A program made the translations under genes and the position numbers. 64,000 bases of DNA from Octopus sinensis. Lineage: Eukaryota. The DNA lies in contig NC_042997.1 of assembly GCF_006345805.1 (NCBI RefSeq), forward strand, positions 196,354,001 through 196,418,000, written 5' to 3'. This document shows positions 11,961-24,767 of this stretch, in pieces. Within the stretch, counting starts at the first letter, position 1. Each line of letters opens with the position of its first letter. Below the pieces are notes generated by a model. That model saw only the letters and a list, made by a program, of their open reading frames with translations. It ran no database searches and had not been told where the DNA came from.

Positions 11961-12261
11961 TCTAATCAGTTAAGTTATTCCACATCATTTCTGGATCGAT
12001 ACTGTGACACTTGGTTACAAAACCAAACTCCTCGATAACTGTTTTAAGGCCTGAAATTTTAGTGGGTGGGACAGTCGATTACATCGACCCCAGTGCTTCA
12101 TTGGTACTTATTTTATCAACCCTGGAAGGATGAAAGGCAAAGTCGACTTCGGCGGAACTGGAACTCATGGTATAAAGAACCAAGAAAATCCGCTGAGCAT
12201 TGTGTTCATAGCAGTAAAGACCCTGAAGCTCATGGCTTTCAAGTTCGTCAATATAAATTTA

Positions 12262-12533
12262 AGTTTCTCTTTTACTTGTTTGAGGCATTTGACTGCGGCC
12301 ATGCTAGAGTACCGCCTTTTAGTCGAGCAAATCGACCTCAGGACTTATTCTTTGGAAGCCTAGTATTTATTCTGTTGGTCTCTTTTGCCGAACCGCTAAG
12401 TTACAGGGACGTAAACACACCAGCATCAATTGTCAAGCGATGTTGGTGGTGGTGGTGGTGGGGTAAACAGACACACAAACATATACATACACACACACAC
12501 ACACATACATACATACATACATACATGTATGTA

Positions 12534-12570
<37 letters not shown>

Positions 12571-12923
12571 CCCACCACCACCACCACCACCAACATCGCT
12601 TGACAATTGATGCTGGTGTGTTTACGTCCCTGTAACTTAGCGGTTCGGCAAAAGAGACCAACAGAATAAATACTAGGCTTCCAAAGAATAAGTCCTGAGG
12701 TCGATTTGCTCGACTAAAAGGCGGTACTCTAGCATGGCCGCAGTCAAATGCCTCAAACAAGTATACATGACGGGCTTCTTTCAGTTTCCGTCTACCAAAT
12801 CCACTCACAAGGCTGTGGTCGGCCTGAGGCTATAGTAGAAGACACTTGCCCAAGGTGCCACGCGGTGGTAATGAACCCGGAACCATGTGGTTGGTAAGCA
12901 AGCTACTTACCACTCAGCCACTC
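12262..12923 (-). mobile_element. SINE family B containing an internal inverted duplication
   Basis: Tail half 12262-12525 and head half 12764-12923, with an inverted copy of the tail half between them. Confidence 0.9.
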
Positions 12924-13080
12924 TTTATAAATTTAAGTTATTGCTTGGGTATAGTTTACAAGGCTTTCTTATTAGTTCGCTATAATGGCTTGGTTTTTAT
13001 CTGTAACACCTACCGTGCAGTTGATTCTGTACTGCACAATGTTTTTCCCCGAGAGCATTATTTCTGATTTGTTGTGATTA

Positions 13081-13370
13081 TAACTTCAAAGTATTTTTAC
13101 TGGAGCCATTATTTTTTTAAAATATAGAGAGGATACTATCCGCATCACCGTAATTCGATCTTCAAAACTAAACCTTCTATAGATTGCATTGTATAGTGTT
13201 TTGGCCGCATCATGCCATGTTGCTATACAAAAAGCATGATATTTTTTGAAACATCTACTTTTGAGTATCATATCTTCGGCGGCTATTTTACTTACGCTTG
13301 CAATCTCATCTGTTTTGTGCATCAGGTATTTGCTATTCCTGTTCCTAGATTACAAAAACATACTTTTCAA
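13081..13370 (-). pseudogene. R4/Dong-like non-LTR retrotransposon fragment (zinc-knuckle region)
   Basis: KYLMHK...WHDAAKTLYNAIYRR resembles the RHDxVAKxLY motif of restriction-like-endonuclease LINEs. Confidence 0.5.
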
Positions 13371-13394
13371 AGTGAGATTTAATATTGTAGTTGT

Positions 13395-13560
13395 TAGTTG
13401 AAATTTACACAAAAAGAAAAGACGAAGACGGGTATATAAACAACTAGCAGGTGTATTGGTTTGACGCTCGGGAAGGTGAGGAAGTCTTTTACATTCCGAG
13501 CCTATGCTCTTCAACAGAAAGGAACACGATGAAATAAATAGAGAGATAAAAAAATAACAA
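13395..13560 (-). mobile_element. Penelope-like terminal-repeat fragment with a degenerate hammerhead (13486-13521)
   Basis: Reverse complement reads cttt-CTGTTGA-a-GAGC-atag-GCTC-GGAATGTA-aaag; homologous to 8401-8550. Confidence 0.55.
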
Positions 13561-13623
13561 AGAAACTTGTGGATTTAGCAGCCAATCATAGCGACTGTTA
13601 CTCCAATATAGAATCCTTCGTAA

Positions 13624-14165
13624 GGCGGCGAGCTGGCAGAAACGTTAGTACGCCGGACGAAATGCGTAGCCGTATTTCGTCTGTTGTGAGTTGAAATTCC
13701 GCCGAGGTCGACTTTGCCTTTCATCCTTTCGGGGGTCAATAAATTAAGTACCAGTTACGCACTGGGGTCGATGTAATCGACTTAATACCTATGTCTGTCC
13801 TTGTTTGCCCCTTGTGAGTAGTAAAAAAAATAGGCATTTCGTCTGTCTTTACGTTCTGAGTTCAAATTCCGCCGCGGTCGACTTTGCCTTTCATCCTTTC
13901 GGAGTCGATAAATTAAGTACCAGTTACGCACTAGGGTCGATGTAATCAACTTAATCCCTTTGTCTGTCCTTGTTTGTTCCCTCTATGTTTAGCCTCTTGT
14001 GGGTAGTAAATAGGTATTTCGTCTGCCGCTACGTTCTGAGTTCAAATTCCGCCGAGGTCGACTTTGCCTTTCAACCATTCGGGGGTCGATAAATTAAGCA
14101 CCGGGGTCGATGCAATCGATGTTCTCCATCCCCTGTGCTTGCTGGCTTTGTGCCAAAATTTGAGA
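13624..14165 (+). mobile_element. SINE family A, head-to-tail trimer
   Basis: One tRNA head followed by three tandem cores, each rejoined at gtatttcgtctg / gcatttcgtctg. Confidence 0.85.
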
Positions 14166-14470
14166 TCAATATCTAAAAGACATTCTTTCACAGCTGGCAG
14201 TGATGGAGATCATGCTTTCGGTTTTGGCTTTGTATAACCTAAATTCGACTGTTCATAATTTCTGTCTGTTATAATAATAATAATAAGCACTTCTCGCTTT
14301 TGGTTTGTATAAAGGTGACATTCATGGTGAAATATCATAGCCTTGTCGGTATTCCCTTCTAGGTTTTTGCCGTGGTTTATTTTATCTCTATGATCTGAGT
14401 TTATTGTTTTAAGTATCCACGACAACAAATTCAGTGAATTTGTATCGTTTCTTTTTTTATTTTGTTGCAG

Positions 14471-14591
14471 GGTTGAAAAGGATTTTCAAATGTTCATGGG
14501 AAGAAGATCTGTGCCAACTTTTATTTCATGTTTCTCTTTAACTTCATTAACTGTCCTAATAATGGTGTTATTTTGGGGCTCTCAAACTTGA
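14471..14591 (+). CDS. Candidate exon encoding a hydrophobic segment (tentative)
   Basis: Acceptor ttttattttgttgcag, donor gtaaga, open frame VEKDFQMFMGRRSVPTFISCFSLTSLTVLIMVLFLGLSNL. Confidence 0.2.
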
Positions 14592-14849
14592 GTAAGACGG
14601 GTGCTGAGATTTTTTTTTGTCTGTTGGGTTTATTGTCTTGGGGTTACAGTCGGGGTTTTGTGTATTGCTAATGCAGACTTGTATGTATGCATGTATGTAT
14701 GTATGTATGCGTGTGTGCGCGTGCGTGTATCTGTGCGTGTATGTATGTGTGTGTGTGCGTGTATGTGTATGTGTGCGTGTATGTATGTGTGTATCTGTGC
14801 GTATATGTATGTCGTTAAATGTGAATGTATATGTGTCTGTATATTCTCT

Positions 14850-15050
14850 TTTATTCTCTTTTACACGTTTCAGTCATTTGCTTGCGGCCACACTGGAGCA
14901 CCGCCTTTAGTCGAAAAAATCGACCCCAGGACTTATTCTTTGTAACCCTTGTACTTATTTTATCGATGTCTTTTGCCGAACCGCTAAGTTTCGGAGACAT
15001 AAACACACCAACATCGGTTGTCAAGCGATGGTGGGGAGAGCACAGACACG
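14850..15050 (-). mobile_element. SINE family B, 3' half
   Basis: Family-B tail sequence. Confidence 0.8.
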
Positions 15051-15147
15051 CAGATACATACATATACATACATATATACATACATACATATATATATATA
15101 TACACACACACACACCACACACACATATATATATATATATATTATAT

Positions 15148-15237
<90 letters not shown>

Positions 15238-15270
15238 TATATACACACACACACACACAGATATATATAT

Positions 15271-15385
<115 letters not shown>

Positions 15386-15392
15386 CACACAC

Positions 15393-15466
<74 letters not shown>

Positions 15467-16330
15467 TATATATATATATATCCAGACAACAAACGTTTCA
15501 AGATTGCTTGTTGTTTGTGTGGAGGTCAGTGCATCAGGGTCTTCGGTGATAAAACCATCGTCACTTCCGTTGTCTCCTGGCTATAGAGATACACGTTACG
15601 TGTGGCACGATGGTCGTTAGGATTTTCTGTTTACGTGCGCGGCTATATCGTTCGTGTTTTCTGCAATTAAAGAAGTGCTGTCATTCAAAACCTGCTCAAA
15701 ATAAATCTCTTTCTTCATGAAAAAGAATCTCTGACTTTCATCGACAGTATCCTCGCATCTATGTAGATCGCTTATTGATTTCGATTGAGTTTCCATGTTA
15801 ATTATATTTCAACTACTCTCCAGTGACACTGACAGTTTTTAAACCAGTTTAAGCGTGATAAATTTAGAGTAAAATGTTCCCTTTTTACAATCTCTCTTAA
15901 GATTGTTTCTGTTTTATTTTTAACATTTTATTGACCGATATAATTAATTGCTTGTATGTATAGGAAATGCGTTATTATATAACTGATAGACTTTCATAAA
16001 CCAACGACCTTGTTTTCCGTTTAATCCGATACAGAATCTTTCCATTGTTTTAGCTTTGATTATTTATTTAGTTTCTGTAAAGGTACAGCTTAGGAGTTAC
16101 AATAAGGGCATACAAACAAGTAGTTATTTGCCAACATGAAGAGATATTATTCTGTTGTAAATATTCACTTACGATGTTAATCGTCGACAACGTCAGCTTA
16201 GTAGGCCTTTTATTAATGCTAACCAAACATGGCTTGTATTGTGTCGGGAGTATTAAAAACCAAATTAATCTTTTCTTGAAATATTAAATCGAAAATACTT
16301 TTCAATCTCTTATACTTTTCCCTATTGCAG

Positions 16331-16409
16331 CTCCCGGCACATCTACTACCGTGGTTGTTGTTATCGTCTCAAACAAGACCTTGGAATGAATGGTCAGCCT
16401 TGTTTCAAG
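16331..16409 (+). CDS. Candidate internal exon (tentative)
   Basis: Acceptor tatacttttccctattgcag, donor AAG/gtagtt; open frame SRHIYYRGCCYRLKQDLGMNGQPCFK (a second frame is also open). Confidence 0.35.
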
Positions 16410-16499
16410 GTAGTTATAAACCAATTTTTACGCATGTAGCCCTTTGGTTCCTATTTTACTGAGATGGACCCCCGTGACCATTTGATATTCTAAAAATCC

Positions 16500-16790
16500 G
16501 TGAAAAAACAACTACGGAAATGCCAGACCCAGGAATCCACAGTGCACATCAAGGCAACACAGCGGAACAGGGGCAACCTTAGAATCTCTGAGGCCATCCT
16601 CATACACCAAATTAAACATAAGATCAACAACAGAAGAGAGTTACAAGAAGCTAGCTGGCTGCTATAACAAACACCTTTCCGCGTATGTCCACTCCATACA
16701 CGCTCACACACGCACATCGGCAACATTCGCTTATTTTCTTGAAAATGGAGTCATAACCCCGAAAAATTGAATACAAGGTAAGTCTACATT
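16500..16790 (+). mobile_element. Penelope-like element 3' fragment (end of GIY-YIG domain)
   Basis: NRGNLRISEAILIHQIKHKINNRRE*, followed by a degenerate ttgaaaatggagtcataaccccgaaa motif and a gtaagt donor. Confidence 0.5.
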
Positions 16791-17369
16791 AATTCATATA
16801 TTTGTTTTCTTGTGATTTACCTTGCATTTACTTAGCATTGTTCTGGCCTTAGCCACGATCCTTTATGCAATATATTCTACACAATGCTTCATAATAATTC
16901 TTTTATATTTTCATAAATATTATTAAGAATTGTATAAAAAATTGTTAAAATGTTTTGTGCATTGTAGAAAACCAATATGTTGAACATAATTTTTGTATTT
17001 TTAATTTCGTGCATGCGCATTGTTTGGTTTTGATTTTGTCAACTATACAGTATAGTAGGGTCAGTTGGGCACCGTCAGTGAGAAAAACAGCACTATGACG
17101 CATTGTAGAAAACCAATATATTGAACATAAATTTTAACAACAAAATCTTATATGGACCCCGAAGAGCTGTATGGATCACGGGTGTGAACCACTGATCTTG
17201 TGTGTTATTTATACACTGCTCTCTCATTGGTGGAAAAAATTGCAATTATCAACACTGCATTAGCGTTCAACAAATGTTACTTATTGGCGTAAATGGAATA
17301 ATTATATCGCACTGAAATAATTTATCTTTGTTAGAAGCTCATCCCAGTATATTTTCTTTCCATTTAAAA

Positions 17370-17590
17370 GGCGGCGAGCTGGCAGAAACGTTAGCACGCC
17401 GGGCGAAATGCGTAGCCGTATTTCGTCCGCCGTTACGTTCTGAGTTCAAATTCCGCCGAGGTTCACTTTACCTTTCATCCTTTCGGGGTCGATAAATAAA
17501 GTACCAGTTACGCACTGGGGTCGATGTAATCGACTTAATCCGTTTGTTTGTCCCCTCTGTGTGTAGTCCCTTGTGGGTAGTAAAGAAATA
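17370..17590 (+). mobile_element. SINE family A, near-consensus copy
   Basis: Complete head, core and tail. Confidence 0.9.
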
Positions 17591-18006
17591 TATATTTTCT
17601 TTCCATTCATATAACCAACATTTTGCTATTTTATTGTCGTCAGAAAAGTCATTTCGAGTTCACAACTCGAAGAATCATTTCGATTTTGTTTTTCATTGTT
17701 TTTCATATTTACTTTTATGTTTTCGATGCAGTCTTCTCAACGATAGTATTTCTAACGATTACCAGCAAAGTGAATTCAAGTTTGAGATCAATATCAGTAG
17801 GATCTTAAATAAAAAAAAATGTTTCGTCCATGAATTTGATTAGAAAAAATCTCAATTATTGATGGTATTAATGTGGAGGATATCGTAAATACGAGTAGTT
17901 TCTCGTACTCAAATATACAACTGCTCACACCTAATATGCCTATGTATTTATGTATGCACGTATGTATTTATGTATGTATCTATCTAGCCATCTATCTAGC
18001 CATCTA

Positions 18007-18060
<54 letters not shown>

Positions 18061-18833
18061 ACGTCTTGTCTATACACATGCACTTAATGATTTAAAATGT
18101 TATTCGAAAATTGCCTTCAGATATATAAAAAAAACACACACATAAAAAAGCGAAAGTGAGAAATATAATAATTTGATGATTATGTATTGATAATAGATAT
18201 TCATCGATTTGGATAATTTGATTTTCTCCCAACTTTTCAAAGAAATTTGGTCGGAAGAATGGTAATAAGTGGTCGGCATAATAGTAAGTTTAATGGTAAC
18301 TTTTTGATGTTTCAGGAACAATTTTATTGTACCATTGATTACAATAATTAACGATTTTGTTACTGATGTAACTGGAGTGCTGTAATGTATACACATAATA
18401 ACAGCGTCCGCCATAGTCTGTATATGTTATGAAACGCTACGACTTTGTAATACTCCGTAGAAAATAACTACAAAGAGTATTCAAATTATATATATATTTT
18501 TTATACCTCGAAAGTAATGTTATCTGCTCTTCCATAGCAGATAAAGAATAATCTATGATATGAACTAAATTTCTTATCGATTTAAAATGATTGAATTGTC
18601 AAATAGATGCAGTTATTCAGTTCAGTTTTGTTAATTACGTGTTTGCATTGTACGTTGATTCGTTTGTTTAAATCAAACACAAGATGCATTATGAAATTCT
18701 GTAAATATTTCTTTTTGTAATGTTAAAAACATCAACAACAATAGAAGGTTTAAACAATTATTAAGTTGGCTTTCAATTACTGGGAAATACTGTAGATGGA
18801 AAAATTATTTCAACTTTCATCTAGTGCGCGCGA

Positions 18834-18876
<43 letters not shown>

Positions 18877-18989
18877 CTTTCATCAAGTATATATATATAC
18901 ACACACACATACGTATATACATATCTATCTATCTATCTACTTACACACTGCAAGGAAAACACACACACACACACACACATATACGCACA

Positions 18990-19500
18990 CAAACATATTT
19001 CAAACTACCAGTACCTTTCTACTGACCATTCACTTACGCACATGTGTAGGTAGACACACAAGAGGAGCCGCTCCTACTAAAACTCTTACTATAAAATCTT
19101 CCTATGACCTTAAACGCTATTTAGCCCAACCATACACATACATAAACAGCCACAATCACACACACACACGTGCTATCATTACACTCACACACACAGACCT
19201 GCGGGCACGCACATACCCCCACATACACACATTTTTGCACATTCCTGTCTTTGAAAGAACTTTTTCTTCACCCATTTCCTTCCGGTCATTTCAATATGTA
19301 ACCGCGTGTGTATCGTTGGCGATTTTCTTTCTCCGTCTTCCCTTCTTTGGACTTTTTCTATATTTCTGATGAAGAGCTCCGCTCGAAACGTCAAATCCTC
19401 TTTCTTTTCTTTCCTTTCCTGAGCGTCCAATAACACTGTACTTATACCACATCCTCATGTTGTTGTTTTTTTCTTGCTTGTTCATGTTTGGATTGACTAT
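18990..19500 (+). mobile_element. Penelope-like terminal-repeat region
   Basis: Carries an intact hammerhead core; a paralogue lies at 7820-8005. Confidence 0.55.
19362..19396 (+). ncRNA. Minimal type I hammerhead ribozyme
   Basis: attt-CTGATGA-a-GAGC-tcc-GCTC-GAAACGTC-aaat: canonical core, 4-bp stem II, 4-bp stem I, palindromic ACGT stem III. Confidence 0.65.
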
Positions 19501-19648
19501 ATACATACCTCCCACATATATATATATACACACACATCATATGTATTATATATATTATATATATATATATATGCACACACATCATATGTATATATATATA
19601 TATATACATACGTACAGATATATACATACATAGATACATATATATATA

Positions 19649-19900
19649 TCTATTATATAAAATCCGTTCTGTCTGTGTGTCTTCTAGGATCTCGGGCATC
19701 CTCCATCCGACTGCGCTCAAATTTGATATGTAGATACCGACGGTATCGGGGCGTGTAAAAGTCTTGAAAAAATTACAAAAATCGATTGCAGGTGAAAATA
19801 CGATCGATAAAACCGTGGGAACGTGCATTTGTACGCGCAAGTACATCAGCTGTTGCGATCGATACTACGCGCACGCGAGACCGTCAACCTGTACATAACT
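19649..19900 (+). mobile_element. Non-autonomous Helitron-like 5' fragment
   Basis: Starts tctattatataaaatccgttctgtctgtgtgtc, a typical Helitron 5' TC end; no 3' CTAG end found. Confidence 0.4.
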
Positions 19901-20256
19901 GCACCTTCCATCTTTTGTTGTTTTTGTACTGCTTAAAGGGATGTTTCTTTCCTGCCAAATTTATTGTTTAAACCATGTCTGCGTTCTCCCAGTCAACAGC
20001 CTTATCATTACTGGTACTTTAAACTCTTCGGTTGCATATTAGTGTGAATAAAATCGTTTTTCTTTGGAATAGAAAAAAAAAGTCTCTTTATTTCTTCTTT
20101 TGGTGGTGTCTCAAATTTAGGTTAAATCAGTGTTTCTCAAACGGGAGGCCTATGGGACAGTCAGACAAGTTGTTTTGAGAAAATTTGGTTTAAATGTTTG
20201 ACAACTCAGTACCGTCCATTGGACGGGGGCGTTTTGCTTGTGTATATGTATGTATG

Positions 20257-20287
<31 letters not shown>

Positions 20288-20601
20288 GTATGTATGTATA
20301 TGTATGTATGTGTATGTATGTATATGTATGTATGTGTATGTATGTATATGTATGTGTGTATGTATGTGTATATATCTGTATATATGTGCGTGTATATATA
20401 TATATGTGTATATATGTGTGTATATATGTGTGTGTATATGTATATGTGCATGTATATATATATGTGTATACATGTGTATATATATGTGTATACATGTGTA
20501 TATATATATGTATACCTGTGTATGTATATATGTGTGTATATATGTATATACATACATATACACATATAAGAACATTTCATATGATGAACTATCAATGCGG
20601 T

Positions 20602-20638
<37 letters not shown>

Positions 20639-20739
20639 TATATTAGATTATATATAAGATTTATATATAATACATATTATGATGTATATGTATACTCGTT
20701 GCATATACATATGTCGTATATATACACATGTATATGTCG

Positions 20740-20774
<35 letters not shown>

Positions 20775-20784
20775 GTATATGTCG

Positions 20785-20816
<32 letters not shown>

Positions 20817-21718
20817 TGTCGTATAGTCATATATAGAATTCATATATGTAGACATAAATAAATACATACACTCCTACACACAACTCGCACACGCTCACGC
20901 AGACACACACACACACACACACCTCAGACTTTATCCCTCCTATCCTTGTTTTCATTTCTCTCATTAAACGAAATGAAAAATAATTAAACAGCAACAACAA
21001 CAATAACAAACAACAATCAAAACGATGAAACCGGACAAACTAATTCAAACTAATGAAATTTTAGAAAATTTCCGATACGATAAAGTAAAATTATGAATAT
21101 AAATAAAACTAAAAAAAAAAACCAAAAAAACGTCATATCAAAGTATCACAACCGATATTAAATAACAAATAATATTTATATTTTGCTTTTGTGATTTTTA
21201 AATAAGATACCGCAATAGAAAACAAACGTATTTTTCATACTGTTTATCTCATCTTGATTAAATAAATATGGACAATAAACGTAAATATATTGTCCATATA
21301 TTTTCACGTCATCGTCTCAATCTCGAAAATTCTAATGCAATGATGATGATGATGATAAGAAAACCAGGGGAAAAAATAGAAAATTGATAATTGTTTGAAA
21401 AGCAAACCATTAATCATTTGAACTAAGTTCTCTATCTTATAAACAACCGCATTAGTAACGATAATAACGACAGCAACAACAATAGTAATGATAATAATAA
21501 TAATAATAATGATGATGATGATGATAAGTCATAATAATAATGATGATAACAATAATATAATCGACCTATCATGCCCGTTTGATACCAGGATTGTAAAGAA
21601 GGACGAAAAAAAAATACAATTCCTTAAAATTGAAATAGGATGAAGTTGGGGTATGAGAACTGTAAAGGTCGTGCCTTAATAGTTGGTACGTTGAGAAGAG
21701 TAAGCAAAGATATAGATT

Positions 21719-22251
21719 AACTAGCAGCATAGCCCGGCGTTGCCCGGGTATGTAAGAGCCCCTAGTAGGCAACGACTAATCCCAATCTAGTCCTTTCCTT
21801 CTAGGGAACGAAGGTGCATGTGTAGGTTTCAATGTCTTCTGTGTATACGATGTTCCTAGCTGTCCCTTTGGGCGAAAACGCGATTTCCCAAAATGGCATG
21901 ATTTTATCGATTTTTTCTGATAGTAAGGTATTGCAAGGAAAACTAACGTCAGAATTAAGTTTCTTAGGGTAACATTAAGCTTCACCATGAGTTTGGTGAA
22001 AATCGATTGCAACAGAAAATGTGTTGCATATAAAAAAACTGAGATTCTCGACCCCATGTCGAATTTATCGATTTTTTCAAAACTGGGGGAACTTTTCAAA
22101 ATTTTCGCTGCGTTAGTTTTGAATTATGACATTGGACTATGTGTGTGTCAAGTTTCATCAGAATCGGTTGAAAGCCGTGGTCAAGGTGAGGGTACAACCT
22201 GACACACACAAACACACAGACAGACAGACTGCCGTTTATATAGAGAGAGAT
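21719..22251 (+). mobile_element. Helentron-associated non-autonomous element (HINE/DINE-like)
   Basis: aactagcagcatagcccggcgttgcccggg start and cacacagacagacagactgccgtttatatagagagagat end. Confidence 0.7.
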
Positions 22252-22430
22252 GACTGAAGGAGAGGGGAATAGAATGCTCTGTAGAGCTCCTACAGATCGT
22301 TTGTCTCTTAGTGGCAGCAAGGATTACCAGGAGGGTTCTATGCAGGCGAAAGACTACTGAAAATGACACCTAAGGTTACAGGTAGTAGTAACCCGCTACC
22401 CACATAAATCCTACAAGGAATAAAACCGAA

Positions 22431-22796
22431 CTCTCTTTTACTCTCTTTACTCTCATTTACTTGTTTCAGTTATTTGACTGTGGCCATGCTGGAGCACCGC
22501 CTTTAGCAGAGCAAATCGACCACAAGACTTATTCTTTGTAAGCCCAGTACTTATTCTATCGTTGTCTTTTGCCGAACCGCTAAGTTACGGGGACGTAAAC
22601 ACACCAGCATCGGTTGTCAAGCGATGTTGGGGACATATACACACATAGTTTTCAGTTTCCGTCTACCAAGTCCATTCACAAGGCTTTGGTCGACCCGAGG
22701 CTATAGTAGAAGACACTTGCCCAAGGTGCTACGCAGTGGGACTGAACCCGGAACCATGTGGTTCGTAAGCAAGCTACTTACCACACAGCCACTCCT
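22431..22796 (-). mobile_element. SINE family B, near full length
   Basis: Head (A/B boxes) and tail present; central microsatellite largely deleted. Confidence 0.85.
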
Positions 22797-22829
22797 AATA
22801 TTAAACCAAATATTAATAATAATAATGGT

Positions 22830-23306
22830 TTCAAATTTTGGCACGGAGCTACTAATCTTATGAGAAGCAATAATTTGGTATCATCGAACCCGGTACTCGA
22901 CTGATATTTATTTTAGCGACCCCGAAAGAATGAAAGGTAAAGTAGGCCTTGGTGGCATTTGAACCCAGAATGACGATAATAATAATGATGATAATGATAA
23001 TCTTAATAATAATAATAATAACGAAAACAACAATTTGTAAGAAGTTTATATTGATAATAATATTAATAATATTGATAATGATATTTGTAATAATAATCCT
23101 TTCTACTAAAACCATAAGGCCTGAAATTTTGGGGGATGGGTTAAGTCGATTACATCGACCCCATGACTCAACAGTTAATTTATCGACCCCGAAAGGATGA
23201 AAGGCAAAGTTGACCTCGGCGGAATTTGAACTCAGAGCGTAAAGGTAGATGAAATGCCGCTAAGCATTTTGTCTGGCGTGCTAACGATTCTGCCTGCTCG
23301 CAGCCT
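22830..23306 (-). mobile_element. Two SINE family A copies (22830-22960 and 23100-23306)
   Basis: Reverse-complement cores tcgaccccgaaaggatgaaaggcaaagt, separated by a degenerate (AAT)n. Confidence 0.8.
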
Positions 23307-23308
23307 TA

Positions 23309-23512
23309 GATCTCAGGGAGATTTAGCGTGACACAGAGTGTGACAAGGCTGGCCCTTTCAAAATACAAGAACTACTCATATTTACCAGCTGAATGGACTG
23401 GAACAACGTGAAATAAAGTGTGTTGCTTAAGGACACAACGCATCCCCGGGAATTGAACTCGTGACGTTACGATCATGAACCGTAGACACTCATCACTAAA
23501 CCATGTGCCTTC
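23309..23512 (-). mobile_element. SINE family C
   Basis: ctgaatggactggaacaacgtgaaataaagtgtgttgcttaaggacacaac core. Confidence 0.8.
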
Positions 23513-23522
23513 ACAATACTTT

Positions 23523-23555
<33 letters not shown>

Positions 23556-23556
23556 T

Positions 23557-23922
23557 AACTAGCACTATGACCCGGTATTGCCAGGTCATAGTGCTACTGC
23601 ATGCATATACAGCTGCGTGCATGCGCACATACACTCGAGTACTGTCCAAATCTCAGACCAATCACATACAGCTAGCTGGCATTCAATTGGCGTATCAAGT
23701 TTCGGGCATTTTGATTGGGTTTTGGATAGAAAATTCACCAAAAATCACTTCTATTGTTCTTTTAATGTCTTTGCGGGGTGACTGGGGAAATGTAAAGATG
23801 TGCACGACCACCCTTGGACGGTTTTGAATGACCATAGAAAGAGCGAGCCCTCTAACTGAAAAATTGTGGATTTGTATAAAGGACACACACGCAGACATTT
23901 TGCCGTTTATATATATAGAGAT
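23557..23922 (+). mobile_element. Helentron-associated non-autonomous element, second family
   Basis: 5' hairpin tagcactatgacc...ggtcatagtgcta (13-bp perfect arms) and gccgtttatatatatagagat end; inserted in (AAT)n. Confidence 0.65.
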
Positions 23923-23959
23923 AATAATAATGGTAATAATAATAGTGGTAATTGATGCA

Positions 23960-24100
23960 CTTGTTATAACACCCAAATTGAGAGTGAAAGAAATTGGAAT
24001 TGAAACTCGCATTGTCAACCTGCAGAAAAGTACCATCAAATATTCTGCAAGAATCCTGAGGAAAATTCTTGAGATTTGAGGAGACGTGTTGTGATCAAAC
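23960..24100 (+). pseudogene. R4/Dong-like LINE C-terminal fragment
   Basis: IGIETRIVNLQKSTIKYSARILRKILEI* resembles the QKxxLLGTARILRKVL end motif. Confidence 0.55.
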
Positions 24101-24312
24101 CGCAAGATAACATTACTACTAATCAGATTAGTGTGTAATAGCTTTGAAATTTATAGATCCCACGGCCCCAAGATATTGGGGGTTTAGCACTAAAACTAAT
24201 ATTAGCTGTAGTAATAGTAGTAGTAATGTTTCAAATTTTGGTACAAGGCCAGAAGTGTTGGCGTGGGGTGGGGGGTGGGGGGCGTTACTCGTTTAAATAG
24301 ACCCTAATAGTG

Positions 24313-24632
24313 AAGGTACGTGGCTTAGTGGTTAGGGTATTCAGCTCACGATCGCAAGGTCGTGAGTTCAATTCCCGGCGACGCGTGATGTCCTTGAGCA
24401 AGACTCTTTATTCCACGTTGCTCCAGTCCACTCAGCTGGCAAAAAAGAGTAGTGCCTGTATTTCAAAGGACCAGCCTTATCACGCTCCGTGTTACGCTGA
24501 ACCTCCTGAGAACTACGTTAAGGGTACATGTGTCTGTGGAGTGCTCAGCCACTTGCACGTTATTTTTCACGAGCAGGCTGTTCCATTGATGATATCAGCT
24601 GGGACCCTCGTCGTCGTAATCAACGGAGTGCT
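24313..24632 (+). mobile_element. SINE family C, full length
   Basis: tggcttagtggttag A-box, gagttcaattccc B-box, family-C tail ending aacggagtgc. Confidence 0.9.
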
Positions 24633-24767
24633 CCTACCTACTAAAATACGTAAGCGGTACTTTACTTTTATCGACCTCGGAAGGATGAAAGACAAAGTTG
24701 AATAAAACAGGATTTGAACTCAGAACGTAAAGAGCTGCTCTAACGATTCTGCTAATTCAATTTCCTA

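Noticed and set aside
12066-12808. Two ORFs with identical peptides and poly-W on opposite strands
   Set aside because: A by-product of the inverted SINE duplication and (GGT)n, not a gene pair.
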